This document shows positions 35,268-44,502 of a stretch of DNA of 64,000 nucleotides, one piece after another. Source of the DNA: a virus; the IMG/VR virus record IMGVR_UViG_3300025705_000581. One strand, 5' to 3'. How positions within the stretch are numbered: the first letter of the stretch is position 1; each line of letters opens with the position of its first letter. The notes beneath the pieces are model-generated. The model was not told the DNA's origin and searched no databases. It worked only from the letters and a program-made list of their open reading frames with translations. The translations under genes were made by a program, and so were the position numbers.

Positions 35268-35804
35268 ATGTTAAATTTTGTCAAAAATACACCGATTGCA
35301 GTAACACAGTCTGTTATCAGAATAATCCTTGTTCTAGGACTTGTAGTTGCTGCTAGCACAAGCCAAGCAGAAGCACAACGGATTGTTGGATTTGATCCAT
35401 TAGAATTCCCTGAAGAGCACTGTCTTGCCTTAAATATTTACTACGAAGCACGAAGTAGTAACCTTGCCGATAAAGCAGCTGTTGCTGATGTTGTCCTTAA
35501 CCGTATGAATGATACACGTTATCCAAACACAGTTTGTGGTGTAGTACAAGACGGTTATGTTAAAGGTCGCCGTGATTGCCAGTTTAGCTGGTACTGTGAT
35601 GGAAAATCTGATGTTCCTGCAGATTTTGACCGTTGGTCCGAGGCACAGAATATTGCGTTTGCAATAACAAAGTGGAGTGAGTTCCGTGGCATCAGTGAAG
35701 GTGCAACTCATTACCATGCTGATTATGTCCAACCTTATTGGGCTTCAAGTCTACAACTTGTTGGTACAATCGGCCGTCACGTATTTTACCGGTGGAATAA
35801 ATAA
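35268..35804 (+). CDS. SleB-like cell wall hydrolase (Hydrolase_2)
   Basis: CLALNIYYEAR, VVLNR, CQFSWYCDG, ATHYHADYV. Confidence 0.9.
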   Translation: MLNFVKNTPIAVTQSVIRIILVLGLVVAASTSQAEAQRIVGFDPLEFPEEHCLALNIYYEARSSNLADKAAVADVVLNRMNDTRYPNTVCGVVQDGYVKGRRDCQFSWYCDGKSDVPADFDRWSEAQNIAFAITKWSEFRGISEGATHYHADYVQPYWASSLQLVGTIGRHVFYRWNK

Positions 35805-35936
35805 ATGATTGAAATAGTCGGAATATTCCGCGAAGAAGTAATTAAGAAAACATTCAAATGCCCGTTAGATGCAGGTGAGTTCAGAGATTTTCTTGATGCT
35901 CAATATCCAATTAAAGTAATATGGAGGAGAACATAA
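35805..35936 (+). CDS. 43-aa microprotein
   Basis: MIEIVGIFREEVIKKTFKCPLDAGEFRDFLDAQYPIKVIWRRT*; fills the gap and is coupled on both sides. Confidence 0.55.
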   Translation: MIEIVGIFREEVIKKTFKCPLDAGEFRDFLDAQYPIKVIWRRT

Positions 35937-36247
35937 TGTCAGAAGAAAAATACGTTGTTGTTACATCAATTTCTCAATTTAGAGTACGGCATGCTATTCC
36001 AATGAGTAGATTACAAGAAATGAATCCTAATATGCCTGTTGATCCTGAATGGGCTAACGATGCTGTTACAATGAATGAAGCAAAAGAATTTTCACAAACT
36101 CATTTGGGTGATACTATTCTTGATACGTTTGTTCTTGATGAAGAAAGAGTACTTCAACTGTTTGACCGCGATAACGATTATCTATCAGAATGGGATAAAG
36201 AAAAGAAATTAAACTATATTGACGATTGGAAGGAAAAACCACTGTGA
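35936..36247 (+). CDS. Hypothetical protein
   Basis: Start at MSEEK, SD GGAGG. Confidence 0.75.
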   Translation: MSEEKYVVVTSISQFRVRHAIPMSRLQEMNPNMPVDPEWANDAVTMNEAKEFSQTHLGDTILDTFVLDEERVLQLFDRDNDYLSEWDKEKKLNYIDDWKEKPL

Positions 36248-36441
36248 CCCATTCCGTCGAAGAATTATATCAAAAGATAAGTGTACTACACGAAAAGGCA
36301 ATAGAACTACACCGCGAAAGATACCGTGTATCAGGTAGTTATGATGAAACACAATGTCAGTATATGGTTGACGATATAAAAGCATTTGCTCGTGAGATTG
36401 AACGTGGTCCTATTGATTTAGATAGAGATTTTAGTAAGTAA
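36244..36441 (+). CDS. Hypothetical protein
   Basis: GTG start overlapping the previous stop. Confidence 0.6.
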   Translation: MTHSVEELYQKISVLHEKAIELHRERYRVSGSYDETQCQYMVDDIKAFAREIERGPIDLDRDFSK

Positions 36442-36442
36442 A

Positions 36443-36760
36443 ATGGAACATAAAGAATTAACACCTGACTGTTGGGTGGTAATACGAATAAACAATACAG
36501 AGCCTGCACATTATAGATTATTAATAGGTTTTGAAGAAAAAGATGAATATAAAGTTAGCACAAAGATTGAATCCTGTGAAGCTGTAAAGAAAGATTATGT
36601 GTTTACAACCGACGCTGTAAAATATTTTTGTAATGACAAGAACCGTGGTTTAAGACCAGTTATTGACCACGTATATCTTTCAATGGTTGACTCAAGTCAG
36701 CATGACATAACATTAGTCAGAAACGATGAGGATTTCTCACTACTACATTATATGGAATAA
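36443..36760 (+). CDS. Hypothetical protein
   Basis: 105 aa. Confidence 0.7.
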   Translation: MEHKELTPDCWVVIRINNTEPAHYRLLIGFEEKDEYKVSTKIESCEAVKKDYVFTTDAVKYFCNDKNRGLRPVIDHVYLSMVDSSQHDITLVRNDEDFSLLHYME

Positions 36761-36763
36761 AAT

Positions 36764-37522
36764 ATGAAAATTTTGATATGCGGTCATGGTTTCGTTGGTA
36801 AGGCCCACGGGTTATTTCTATCATCGCACCATGATATTAAAGTGTATGATCCACAATTGGGTTATAAAGATACTACAGTATTTGATGATGCCGATGCAGT
36901 TATTATTGCCGTTTCCACTCCCGAAGGTGAAGATGGCCAATGCGATATGTCAAATGTGTATGACACAATCGAGCGCATTATGCCAGGAACACCTGTTCTT
37001 ATAAAATCAACGGTCAGTCTTGAAGGTTGGCGGTTGATTAACCGTGCCTACCCAGATGAATTTATTACCTTTTCTCCTGAATACCTCCGAGCTGATTATG
37101 CTATGGAAGATTTTAAAAATCAAAAAAGTATAGCTGTAGGTGGCGGTGACGTTCACTTATGGGTTGGTGTATTATCAGACTCATTAGAAATACGTGTTGA
37201 TATTATGAACCCTGAGGTACTTATTTTAAACAAGTATTTTAGAAATGCGTTCTTGGCAATGAAAGTTGCCTTCTTTGAACAGATGTATGATATGGCGATT
37301 ACGTCAGGTGTTGATCCGCACGAATTATTGGCAACTGTTTCAGATGATGCACGTATTGGTAAAAGTCATACATATATTGATACAGATGACCGAGGTTTCG
37401 GTGGTCATTGTTTCCCAAAAGATACATCAGCTTTATTGGCAACAGGCCATCAAATGGGTTACGACTTGTCCATCTTGTCCGAGGCAATGCAATATAATGA
37501 AAGGTTAAGAGATGAAAGTTAA
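36764..37522 (+). CDS. UDP-glucose/GDP-mannose dehydrogenase family, short form
   Basis: GHGFVG Rossmann motif, FSPEYLR, GFGGHCFPKD catalytic Cys; no C-terminal UDP-binding domain. Confidence 0.85.
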   Translation: MKILICGHGFVGKAHGLFLSSHHDIKVYDPQLGYKDTTVFDDADAVIIAVSTPEGEDGQCDMSNVYDTIERIMPGTPVLIKSTVSLEGWRLINRAYPDEFITFSPEYLRADYAMEDFKNQKSIAVGGGDVHLWVGVLSDSLEIRVDIMNPEVLILNKYFRNAFLAMKVAFFEQMYDMAITSGVDPHELLATVSDDARIGKSHTYIDTDDRGFGGHCFPKDTSALLATGHQMGYDLSILSEAMQYNERLRDES

Positions 37523-37946
37523 GATTGGAAAGTACCCTAGTCATAGATTTTATCACAACTGGTTATACAACTGGTTTGGGTATTCCCCAAAGCAAACAAT
37601 AAGTATAAAGATTCACGACTATGATACGTGGAGTATGGATCATACACTTGCTCATATTATCTTGCCTATGCTAGTACAACTAAAAGAAAATAATCACGGC
37701 CATCCTGCTAACTTAGAAGAACAGGAGTGGGATGACATCATGGATGAAATGATCTGGGCGTTTGAACAAAAGTGCCGAGATAATTGGGAAGATGATTATT
37801 ACGGCGACTATGATGAAGATCAAAAGAATGGGCCGATGGTTGGTAGTTTTGAATGGATTGACCATGAAGGACTGAAAACACATCAAGAAAGAATGACAAA
37901 TGGCTTTAGACTGTTTGGGAAGTATTTTGAAAATTTGTGGGATTGA
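37512..37946 (+). CDS. Hypothetical protein
   Basis: 144 aa, coupled. Confidence 0.75.
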   Translation: MKVKIGKYPSHRFYHNWLYNWFGYSPKQTISIKIHDYDTWSMDHTLAHIILPMLVQLKENNHGHPANLEEQEWDDIMDEMIWAFEQKCRDNWEDDYYGDYDEDQKNGPMVGSFEWIDHEGLKTHQERMTNGFRLFGKYFENLWD

Positions 37947-37953
37947 CAATGAA

Positions 37954-38163
37954 ATGAGAAAAATAGTATATGATAATGTTTGTGAAGTCGTAAGTACACG
38001 GACCGATGTTATAGTTGAGGCTGAAGCTGACAATATGAGACCAGGTGTTTCGTTTGAAGCTTATATTGCAAATAATAAAATTAAAATGAAATGGAATGGT
38101 AAAGTTTATGTCGGCAATGTGTCTGGCATGGAATTTACATCAAAAGGACCAAAAGAACTATGA
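37954..38163 (+). CDS. Hypothetical protein
   Basis: Start at MRKIV. Confidence 0.65.
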   Translation: MRKIVYDNVCEVVSTRTDVIVEAEADNMRPGVSFEAYIANNKIKMKWNGKVYVGNVSGMEFTSKGPKEL

Positions 38164-38567
38164 GAGTAGGGTTTACTGCTTCGGCATTTGATTTACTCCA
38201 CGCAGGACACGTTCAAATGTTAAGAGATGCAAAAGAACAGTGTGACTTTTTGATATGCGGATTGCAAATTGATCCGACATTAGACCGAACCGATAAGAAT
38301 GCTCCTGTGCAAAATATAGTTGAAAGATATACACAATTAAAAGCAATTAGTTACGTTGATGAGATCATTCCGTATTTGACAGAATCAGATCTTTGTGATA
38401 TACTATCAATGTACCATATAGATGTTCGTATTCTAGGTGTTGAGTACAAAGAAAAAGATTTCACAGGCAAAGACATATGCCGTAAACGTGGGATTGATTT
38501 ATATTTTAATAAACGGGATCACCGTTTTAGTACAAGTGATTTAAGAAGGAGAGTTTGTAATGACTGA
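38160..38567 (+). CDS. Glycerol-3-phosphate cytidylyltransferase-like (TagD family)
   Basis: GFTASAFDLLHAGH, RDHRFSTS. Confidence 0.85.
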   Translation: MRVGFTASAFDLLHAGHVQMLRDAKEQCDFLICGLQIDPTLDRTDKNAPVQNIVERYTQLKAISYVDEIIPYLTESDLCDILSMYHIDVRILGVEYKEKDFTGKDICRKRGIDLYFNKRDHRFSTSDLRRRVCND

Positions 38568-38739
38568 AGGACCATTTAAGAATGCGTTTGATGCAGACGT
38601 TGACGGTGTTATCCGTAGAGAAATTGTGTCTTATAGAATGAAAGATGGCAATATGGTTAAAGAAACCGCATGCCGTGATTATTACGAATCTGGTGATTAC
38701 CACGATAGCATATCAACACAACCGTTGGTGCAACGATGA
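38560..38739 (+). CDS. 59-aa hypothetical protein
   Basis: MTEGPFKNAF...PLVQR*, coupled at both ends; not in the ORF track. Confidence 0.65.
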   Translation: MTEGPFKNAFDADVDGVIRREIVSYRMKDGNMVKETACRDYYESGDYHDSISTQPLVQR

Positions 38740-38918
38740 GTGACGAGCAATGGCAAATAGATTCTGATATGCTAATTCAACTTCATAATACCGCAAGGAT
38801 TATGGAACGTTCCGATAATACGGCAGGTAATGAACTCCGACAAATTGCCGACCGTTTTAGTACACTAATTAAAAATGCACATAGTCGAAGACATTGGTGC
38901 AATGGGAATGAGAAATAA
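38736..38918 (+). CDS. Hypothetical protein
   Basis: 60 aa. Confidence 0.65.
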   Translation: MSDEQWQIDSDMLIQLHNTARIMERSDNTAGNELRQIADRFSTLIKNAHSRRHWCNGNEK

Positions 38919-39091
38919 TGTTTAAATTGTTTAAATCTAATACAGACGCAGAAATTGATTTTGAGCAAGATGTGTCAATGGTACCAAAGATTGAAATAGT
39001 ACCTGAGCCATCATTGTCAGATATGCTCAACTTGGTTGAAGAACGTCTTGACCGTATTGAAAGTAAAATTGACAAACTGCTCAATGAGTAA
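38918..39091 (+). CDS. 57-aa hypothetical protein
   Basis: MFKLFKSNTD...IDKLLNE*, TAATG coupling. Confidence 0.6.
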   Translation: MFKLFKSNTDAEIDFEQDVSMVPKIEIVPEPSLSDMLNLVEERLDRIESKIDKLLNE

Positions 39092-40454
39092 GGTTTGGTT
39101 AGGTATAAGTGAAGGCTTCCATGATGCCGGCGTAAGTATGATTTGGAACGGACAAATATTGTCGGCAACTCATGCTGAACGGTTTAGTCGTAAAAAGAAT
39201 GACCGTTGGGTTCATCCTATGCAGTATCCGCAAGGTATTAATAACGGATATGATAAGATTGCTTTTTATGAAAAACCTTGGTTGAAAACAACACGTCAGC
39301 TATGGGCAGGTCAAGGATTAAAACCAAAACGTACTAAATACAACAAGTCATTCCATCACCACGAGTCTCATGCTGCGGCAGGGTTTTATACTTCAAAGTT
39401 TGATTCCTGTAATATTTTAGTTGTTGATGCAATCGGTGAATGGGATACTGTTTCCGTGTGGAAAGCATGGACAAAGAACGGTGTACCAAAAATGATTAAA
39501 TTAAAATCATATAAGTATCCGTTTTCAGTGGGTTTGTTTTATTCAGCAATTACTAAATCAATTAAATTGAAGCCACAGGAAGATGAATATATTACCATGG
39601 GTATGGCAGCATACGGTGAGCCAATTTATACCGATGAGCTCAAAGAAATAATGCTACACAAAAATTGCCATAAAGGAATACCAAAATGGCAATATGCAAA
39701 AGATGAAGATATTGCGGCATCAGCACAAAAGGTTGTTGAAGATTTCATTATTGAAATGGTAAAAGATTATTGCCCACACGAAAACTTGATTATGATGGGT
39801 GGTGTGGCATTGAATTGTGTTGCGAATACAAAGGTTGCTGAACTTGGCAAAAACATTTGGATTATGCCAAATCCTGGTGATTGCGGATCATCATTAGGTG
39901 CTGCGGCATTAGGTTATGGAAAGAAATTGATATGGGAAGATCCGTATCTTGGAACGGAGATTAAAAATGAAGTACAAGTTAAAAGCGTTGTTAAGCATCT
40001 TATTGATAATTCCTATTGTGGTATTGCGAATGGTCGTGCTGAGTTTGGCCCTCGTGCCCTTGGCAATCGTAGCCTTATTGCTGACCCTCGACGAGATGTT
40101 AAAGATACCGTTAACGAAATTAAACGTAGACAAAAGTTTCGACCCTTTGCACCTGCAATCCTGGAAGAATTTGCTAGTGACTATTTCCAAGGACCAATGA
40201 ATGAGTATATGCAATTTGTGGCGCAAGCCAAACACGATTATAAATCTGTAACCCACGTTGATGGTTCAGCACGTGTTCAAATTGTAAAACCAAACTGTAA
40301 ATCTATATTACGCCCAATACTTGAGGAATGGTATGAGCAAACAGGTTGCCCAATGTTATTGAATACGAGTTTGAATATTAAAGGTCAACCAATGGTTGAT
40401 ACTTGGCAGCACGCATTAGAATTTGAGAAAAAATACAATGTCAAAGTCTTCTAA
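39084..40454 (+). CDS. Carbamoyltransferase (NodU/CmcH/TobZ family)
   Basis: GFHDAG, HHESHAA, VDAIGEW, GGVALNC, PGDCGSSLG, EFGPRALGNRS, RPFAP, THVDGSAR, LNTSLN. Confidence 0.92.
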   Translation: MSKVWLGISEGFHDAGVSMIWNGQILSATHAERFSRKKNDRWVHPMQYPQGINNGYDKIAFYEKPWLKTTRQLWAGQGLKPKRTKYNKSFHHHESHAAAGFYTSKFDSCNILVVDAIGEWDTVSVWKAWTKNGVPKMIKLKSYKYPFSVGLFYSAITKSIKLKPQEDEYITMGMAAYGEPIYTDELKEIMLHKNCHKGIPKWQYAKDEDIAASAQKVVEDFIIEMVKDYCPHENLIMMGGVALNCVANTKVAELGKNIWIMPNPGDCGSSLGAAALGYGKKLIWEDPYLGTEIKNEVQVKSVVKHLIDNSYCGIANGRAEFGPRALGNRSLIADPRRDVKDTVNEIKRRQKFRPFAPAILEEFASDYFQGPMNEYMQFVAQAKHDYKSVTHVDGSARVQIVKPNCKSILRPILEEWYEQTGCPMLLNTSLNIKGQPMVDTWQHALEFEKKYNVKVF

Positions 40455-41289
40455 ATATATTCTTGCATCAGGCTGTAGTTATACGGATTTAGAATATCGT
40501 TCTCCTCATTATGATATAGACCCATGGCCAATGTGGCCTGAACTTGTTGGTGACATAATTGATTTACCTGTTAAAAATATTGCAAAGTGTGGTGCAGGAA
40601 ATGATTTTATATTAGATCAACTTATTCCTATAATTGCAAAAGATCATATGAATATTGATTGCGTTATGATACAATGGTCGGCAATAGACCGATGGTCAGT
40701 TTACAGTAATGATATGTTTTTAAATAATCTAAAATCTGATATTGTAAATGAGAATACACAAGATCCTCATATGTTGGTTAGTAAAGAACGGGCAGGATAT
40801 TATGAGCGTTTAGAATATTCAAAATATTTAATGAAAAGAATTAATGCTAAAGGAACTATAACACTTGTACAGTTATTCTTTCAGCAATGTTTGACTATTG
40901 AAAGATTATGCCGTGCGCTTGGAATTAAATGCGTACACCTACAAGCATGTGGTCATATAGGTTTAAGTTATGTAAACACTGCATTAAAAATAATGGGTGA
41001 AAAATTTACTTCACACGAGCAACATATGGAATGGATGAAACAAGTAAGTTCATTACCTGAGTACAAAGAATTGTATGATGAAAAAACTACAATGATTAAC
41101 TTTCCTAAAACAAGTTTTATTCCTTTAGTAAAAGTATCGGATGATCCAATATATTGGTCGGTACAGAAATTGTTTAATCTTAACAAGGATAAATATCGCA
41201 TCGGCCCGTTAGACAGTCATCCGTCTGCAAAAGGTCAAGAGTTGATGGCTGAACTGTTCTGTTTAAAATATAATGAGGTTTACAAATAA
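40438..41289 (+). CDS. SGNH-hydrolase-like protein, paralogue 1
   Basis: ASGCSYTD, GAGND, QWS, DSHPS. Confidence 0.65.
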   Translation: MSKSSKYILASGCSYTDLEYRSPHYDIDPWPMWPELVGDIIDLPVKNIAKCGAGNDFILDQLIPIIAKDHMNIDCVMIQWSAIDRWSVYSNDMFLNNLKSDIVNENTQDPHMLVSKERAGYYERLEYSKYLMKRINAKGTITLVQLFFQQCLTIERLCRALGIKCVHLQACGHIGLSYVNTALKIMGEKFTSHEQHMEWMKQVSSLPEYKELYDEKTTMINFPKTSFIPLVKVSDDPIYWSVQKLFNLNKDKYRIGPLDSHPSAKGQELMAELFCLKYNEVYK

Positions 41290-42110
41290 TGTTACTTGCT
41301 GCCGGTTGTAGTTATACTGACGAAAATTTTACCTCGGTACTTCATCCTGAATATGATACTTCATATAAAAAATGGCCTGAGATCGTTGCTGATAAACTTG
41401 GTGTAATGCATAAGAACCTAGGTGCCTGTGGCGCAGGTAATGATTATATCACAAAGCAACTAACAATGGAAATACTTAAAAATCATAAAAACATTACTGC
41501 CGTTATGGTTGGATGGACTGAAATACATCGCTTTACTATCTTTGACTTTTATCGCTGTAATCCGTTCGCAACTGTTGCAAATCATAAAATACCTTCTATG
41601 AAAACATATAAAAAAATTGAAGCTTCTCATGAAGAACGGGCGTTGATACCATTCTATGATCTATTGTATAGTTATAATTTATTTGACAAACCAAGCAACG
41701 GCGGTACTACTCAAAACCTTTTTGTTTATATGATAAGGCAACTTTTAGATGGTATGTTTCAAATACAGGAATTATGCTCTACCTTTAATATACCTTGCAT
41801 CAATGGACAGTTGTGCGGATATACTGACCGTGAAAAGTGGCACGTGTTGTCAAAAATATATGGTGACATTCCGTTTTCAGAATCAGCATGGACAAGTATG
41901 TTTGGTGAATTGGAAGAACTGTGGAGACTTAATCCAAAAAACCATATTGGATATCCGTTTATGAAAACACTAGGTGGTTATAGTATTAATTCTTTATTAA
42001 AATACGACCAAGGTCATAAGGTTTCAAAGTTAGACTCTCATCCAAATGAAAAAGGTCACCAATTTATAGCGGATTTATACTATGACAAATATAGAAAAAC
42101 TTATTCTTAA
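41289..42110 (+). CDS. SGNH-hydrolase-like protein, paralogue 2
   Basis: AAGCSYTD, GAGND, GWT, DSHPN. Confidence 0.65.
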   Translation: MLLAAGCSYTDENFTSVLHPEYDTSYKKWPEIVADKLGVMHKNLGACGAGNDYITKQLTMEILKNHKNITAVMVGWTEIHRFTIFDFYRCNPFATVANHKIPSMKTYKKIEASHEERALIPFYDLLYSYNLFDKPSNGGTTQNLFVYMIRQLLDGMFQIQELCSTFNIPCINGQLCGYTDREKWHVLSKIYGDIPFSESAWTSMFGELEELWRLNPKNHIGYPFMKTLGGYSINSLLKYDQGHKVSKLDSHPNEKGHQFIADLYYDKYRKTYS

Positions 42111-42207
42111 ATTAAAATTTAAATGGTTGTATTTTAAACTACGATTTAAAAAAGATGCAATCAAAGATGAAGATGTAGACATTTACATATACGAGGCTGA
42201 TGATGAT
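42082..42207 (+). CDS. Possible 41-aa microprotein
   Basis: MTNIEKLILKLKFKWLYFKLRFKKDAIKDEDVDIYIYEADD*; fills the gap. Confidence 0.45.
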
Positions 42208-42910
42208 TAGATATATTTTTGACGTTGATGGTACACTAACACCGAGTCGACAAAAGATGGACCGTAAGTTTAAAAAGTTCTTTTTGAAATTTATGGAAAC
42301 TCATAAAGTGTGGATTGTAACAGGATCGGACTATGCTAAAACAAAGGAACAATTAGGCGCTGATATTACCGAAAATGTTGTTACTTGTTATAATTGTTCT
42401 GGCAATGAAACAAGGCACAAAGGAAAAATTGTAAACGCATCAAGTTGGGAATTACCAGATGAAGCACGTGCATTTCTTAAACTTCAGTTAACTATTTCAG
42501 AATTTGTTTTGAGAACAGGTAATCACATTGAAGAACGGCGAGGTTGTGTTAACTTTAGTATCGTTGGCAGAAATGCCACAGTCGGTGAACGTAAACTCTA
42601 TGTTGAATACGATAAAAAAACAAATGAAAGACGCAATCTTGCCAATTACTTTAATTATGTTTTCGGATCAGAATCAATGGGTCTTCATGCCGCGGTTGGC
42701 GGTGATACGGGATTAGACATATATCCTATCGGTAAAGATAAATCACAAATCATGGATGATTTTAATTCTGATGATGATATACAGTTCTTTGGTGATAAAA
42801 TGGATATCGGAGGTAATGATTATCCTTTGGCACGTGTTAATAAAGCAGGAACAAATCATCACGTTAAAGATTGGCGTGAAACTTGGGAGATACTAAAATG
42901 TTTACCATAG
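42200..42910 (+). CDS. HAD-IIB phosphomannomutase-like enzyme
   Basis: FDVDGTLT, VTGSD, EERRGCVNFSIVGR, FFGDK...GGND. Confidence 0.85.
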   Translation: MMIRYIFDVDGTLTPSRQKMDRKFKKFFLKFMETHKVWIVTGSDYAKTKEQLGADITENVVTCYNCSGNETRHKGKIVNASSWELPDEARAFLKLQLTISEFVLRTGNHIEERRGCVNFSIVGRNATVGERKLYVEYDKKTNERRNLANYFNYVFGSESMGLHAAVGGDTGLDIYPIGKDKSQIMDDFNSDDDIQFFGDKMDIGGNDYPLARVNKAGTNHHVKDWRETWEILKCLP

Positions 42911-43134
42911 AAATGGATTGGGATGAAACCGCAGTTCAAGTATTAGATCAAACTGGCGAATATGAAGATGTTGAGTATATTTTATATGACGATATTGTTT
43001 ATATTAGGCAATGGGATGAAGATCTTCAAAAGTATAGTGTAATCGCTATGACTGCTGATATGTTTAGAGATTTTAGTTTTGCCCTCGACTTACCTGAAGG
43101 TGCATATATAACAGAAAGGAAAACCGATGATTGA
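42898..43134 (+). CDS. Hypothetical protein
   Basis: Start at MFTIE, SD GGGAG. Confidence 0.7.
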   Translation: MFTIEMDWDETAVQVLDQTGEYEDVEYILYDDIVYIRQWDEDLQKYSVIAMTADMFRDFSFALDLPEGAYITERKTDD

Positions 43135-43375
43135 AATTTACGGAACACCAACTTGTGGATTTTGCTTAAGAGCAAAAAGACTTGCGCAGTCTCACGATAT
43201 TGCGACAGAATATAAAGATATAACCTTTACAAATTTTAGAGATGAATTGCTTGAACGCAAATCTGATTATACAACGGTTCCTCAAATTTGGTGGCACGGA
43301 AAATATATTGGCGGTTATAATGAATTAGCTAATGAAATCGAGAACACGAGAAATTTTGGAGATGGTCCTTTTTAA
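43127..43375 (+). CDS. Glutaredoxin
   Basis: CGFC, TVPQI, IGGY. Confidence 0.9.
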   Translation: MIEIYGTPTCGFCLRAKRLAQSHDIATEYKDITFTNFRDELLERKSDYTTVPQIWWHGKYIGGYNELANEIENTRNFGDGPF

Positions 43376-43378
43376 CTA

Positions 43379-43407
43379 TTGACAAATGCTTTAGAATCAG
43401 TTATATT
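43379..43407 (+). promoter_or_regulatory. Early promoter, repeated GAATC-type family
   Basis: TTAAC-TA-TTGACA-N17-TATATT; GAATC at 43394. Confidence 0.8.
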
Positions 43408-43434
43408 AGAATTATCAAATAGAGGAAAAAGCAA

Positions 43435-43677
43435 ATGACATATCAAGTTGAACTCGACATTTCATCAGAACCCACACACGGTGAGGTACTACAATTTGCA
43501 ACCGAACACGGTTGTACCGCAACTCTATTGCAGGCAAACGGTCCTGCTGGCGGCAATCCACTTTACTTATTCCAATCTGAATCATTTGATATGCTTCAAG
43601 AATTGTTTGAACAAGTTAAAGGCCATGGTCATGGCTTTGATGAAGAAGAAATTAAAACTATGTTTGTGGAGGTGTAA
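43435..43677 (+). CDS. Hypothetical protein
   Basis: 80 aa, SD GAGG. Confidence 0.75.
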   Translation: MTYQVELDISSEPTHGEVLQFATEHGCTATLLQANGPAGGNPLYLFQSESFDMLQELFEQVKGHGHGFDEEEIKTMFVEV

Positions 43678-43678
43678 T

Positions 43679-43846
43679 ATGATTGAATGTATTATAATTG
43701 CTGAGCGCTTACGTGCCTTATCTCGCCGTGCTGATAATTTTGGTAAATCTCGTGAAGAGTTGATTGAAGAAATTGTTATGATTGCTGAAGATTATGAGGC
43801 ACGTGCTGAGCGCCTTGAAAAGCAAATGGAAACGGAGGCAGCTTAA
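43679..43846 (+). CDS. 55-aa hypothetical protein
   Basis: MIECIIIAERL...; SD GGAGG; 3' part of track ORF 43448. Confidence 0.7.
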   Translation: MIECIIIAERLRALSRRADNFGKSREELIEEIVMIAEDYEARAERLEKQMETEAA

Positions 43847-44175
43847 TGTCTATGCATATGGTTCGTGGTGTACAAGTCCACGGTAATTCAAAAAAGAAAC
43901 TAACACCACGTGATAAAAAAGCGGCGGTCGAGCATGAGAAATGGTTGGCAAAGATGGGTGTTGGTAAAACAAAGGCACGTAATACTAATACTATTCCTGA
44001 TTATGACACAGGACCACGCATGACCTCTGATAAGGTTGCTGGTAACGGTGCTAAAAAGGAAGCAACACAATATACTGGTGATTATATCATCGGTATTGGT
44101 CAAATGCATAAATCTAACGGTGTTCCTATCACTCGTAAAGAAGATGCGGTTGCAATTGCAAGTATGAGGCGCTAA
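43846..44175 (+). CDS. Hypothetical protein
   Basis: 109 aa; IGQMHKSNGVPI. Confidence 0.75.
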   Translation: MSMHMVRGVQVHGNSKKKLTPRDKKAAVEHEKWLAKMGVGKTKARNTNTIPDYDTGPRMTSDKVAGNGAKKEATQYTGDYIIGIGQMHKSNGVPITRKEDAVAIASMRR

Positions 44176-44378
44176 TGAAACTTACAACTGATATGATTAT
44201 TGATGATGAGTACATTATGTTTGGCGACAAAGTTACTCGTTTTGAGGTTGTGGATAATAACGGCCGCGCCTATGCGAAACACCGTGTACAAGAGCTAAAG
44301 TTTCAACTACAAGATGATGGTAGAACACTTAAAGCATTTGTGCGTTTTGAAGAAGAGGAGGAAATATCAATTGACTAA
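44175..44378 (+). CDS. Hypothetical protein
   Basis: 67 aa, coupled. Confidence 0.7.
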   Translation: MKLTTDMIIDDEYIMFGDKVTRFEVVDNNGRAYAKHRVQELKFQLQDDGRTLKAFVRFEEEEEISID

Positions 44379-44502
44379 ATTTATTTATGGAATAGCAATT
44401 GCATTTGCTCTTGTGCTGATGAGTTGGTATCTGATCCACATTTGGTCGGATTGCCTTAATGAAAATTCAGTATTTACCTGTATGAGGATGTTAAGACCAT
44501 GA
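44371..44502 (+). CDS. Small membrane protein
   Basis: TTG start with SD GAGGAGG; hydrophobic N-terminus. Confidence 0.55.
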   Translation: MTKFIYGIAIAFALVLMSWYLIHIWSDCLNENSVFTCMRMLRP

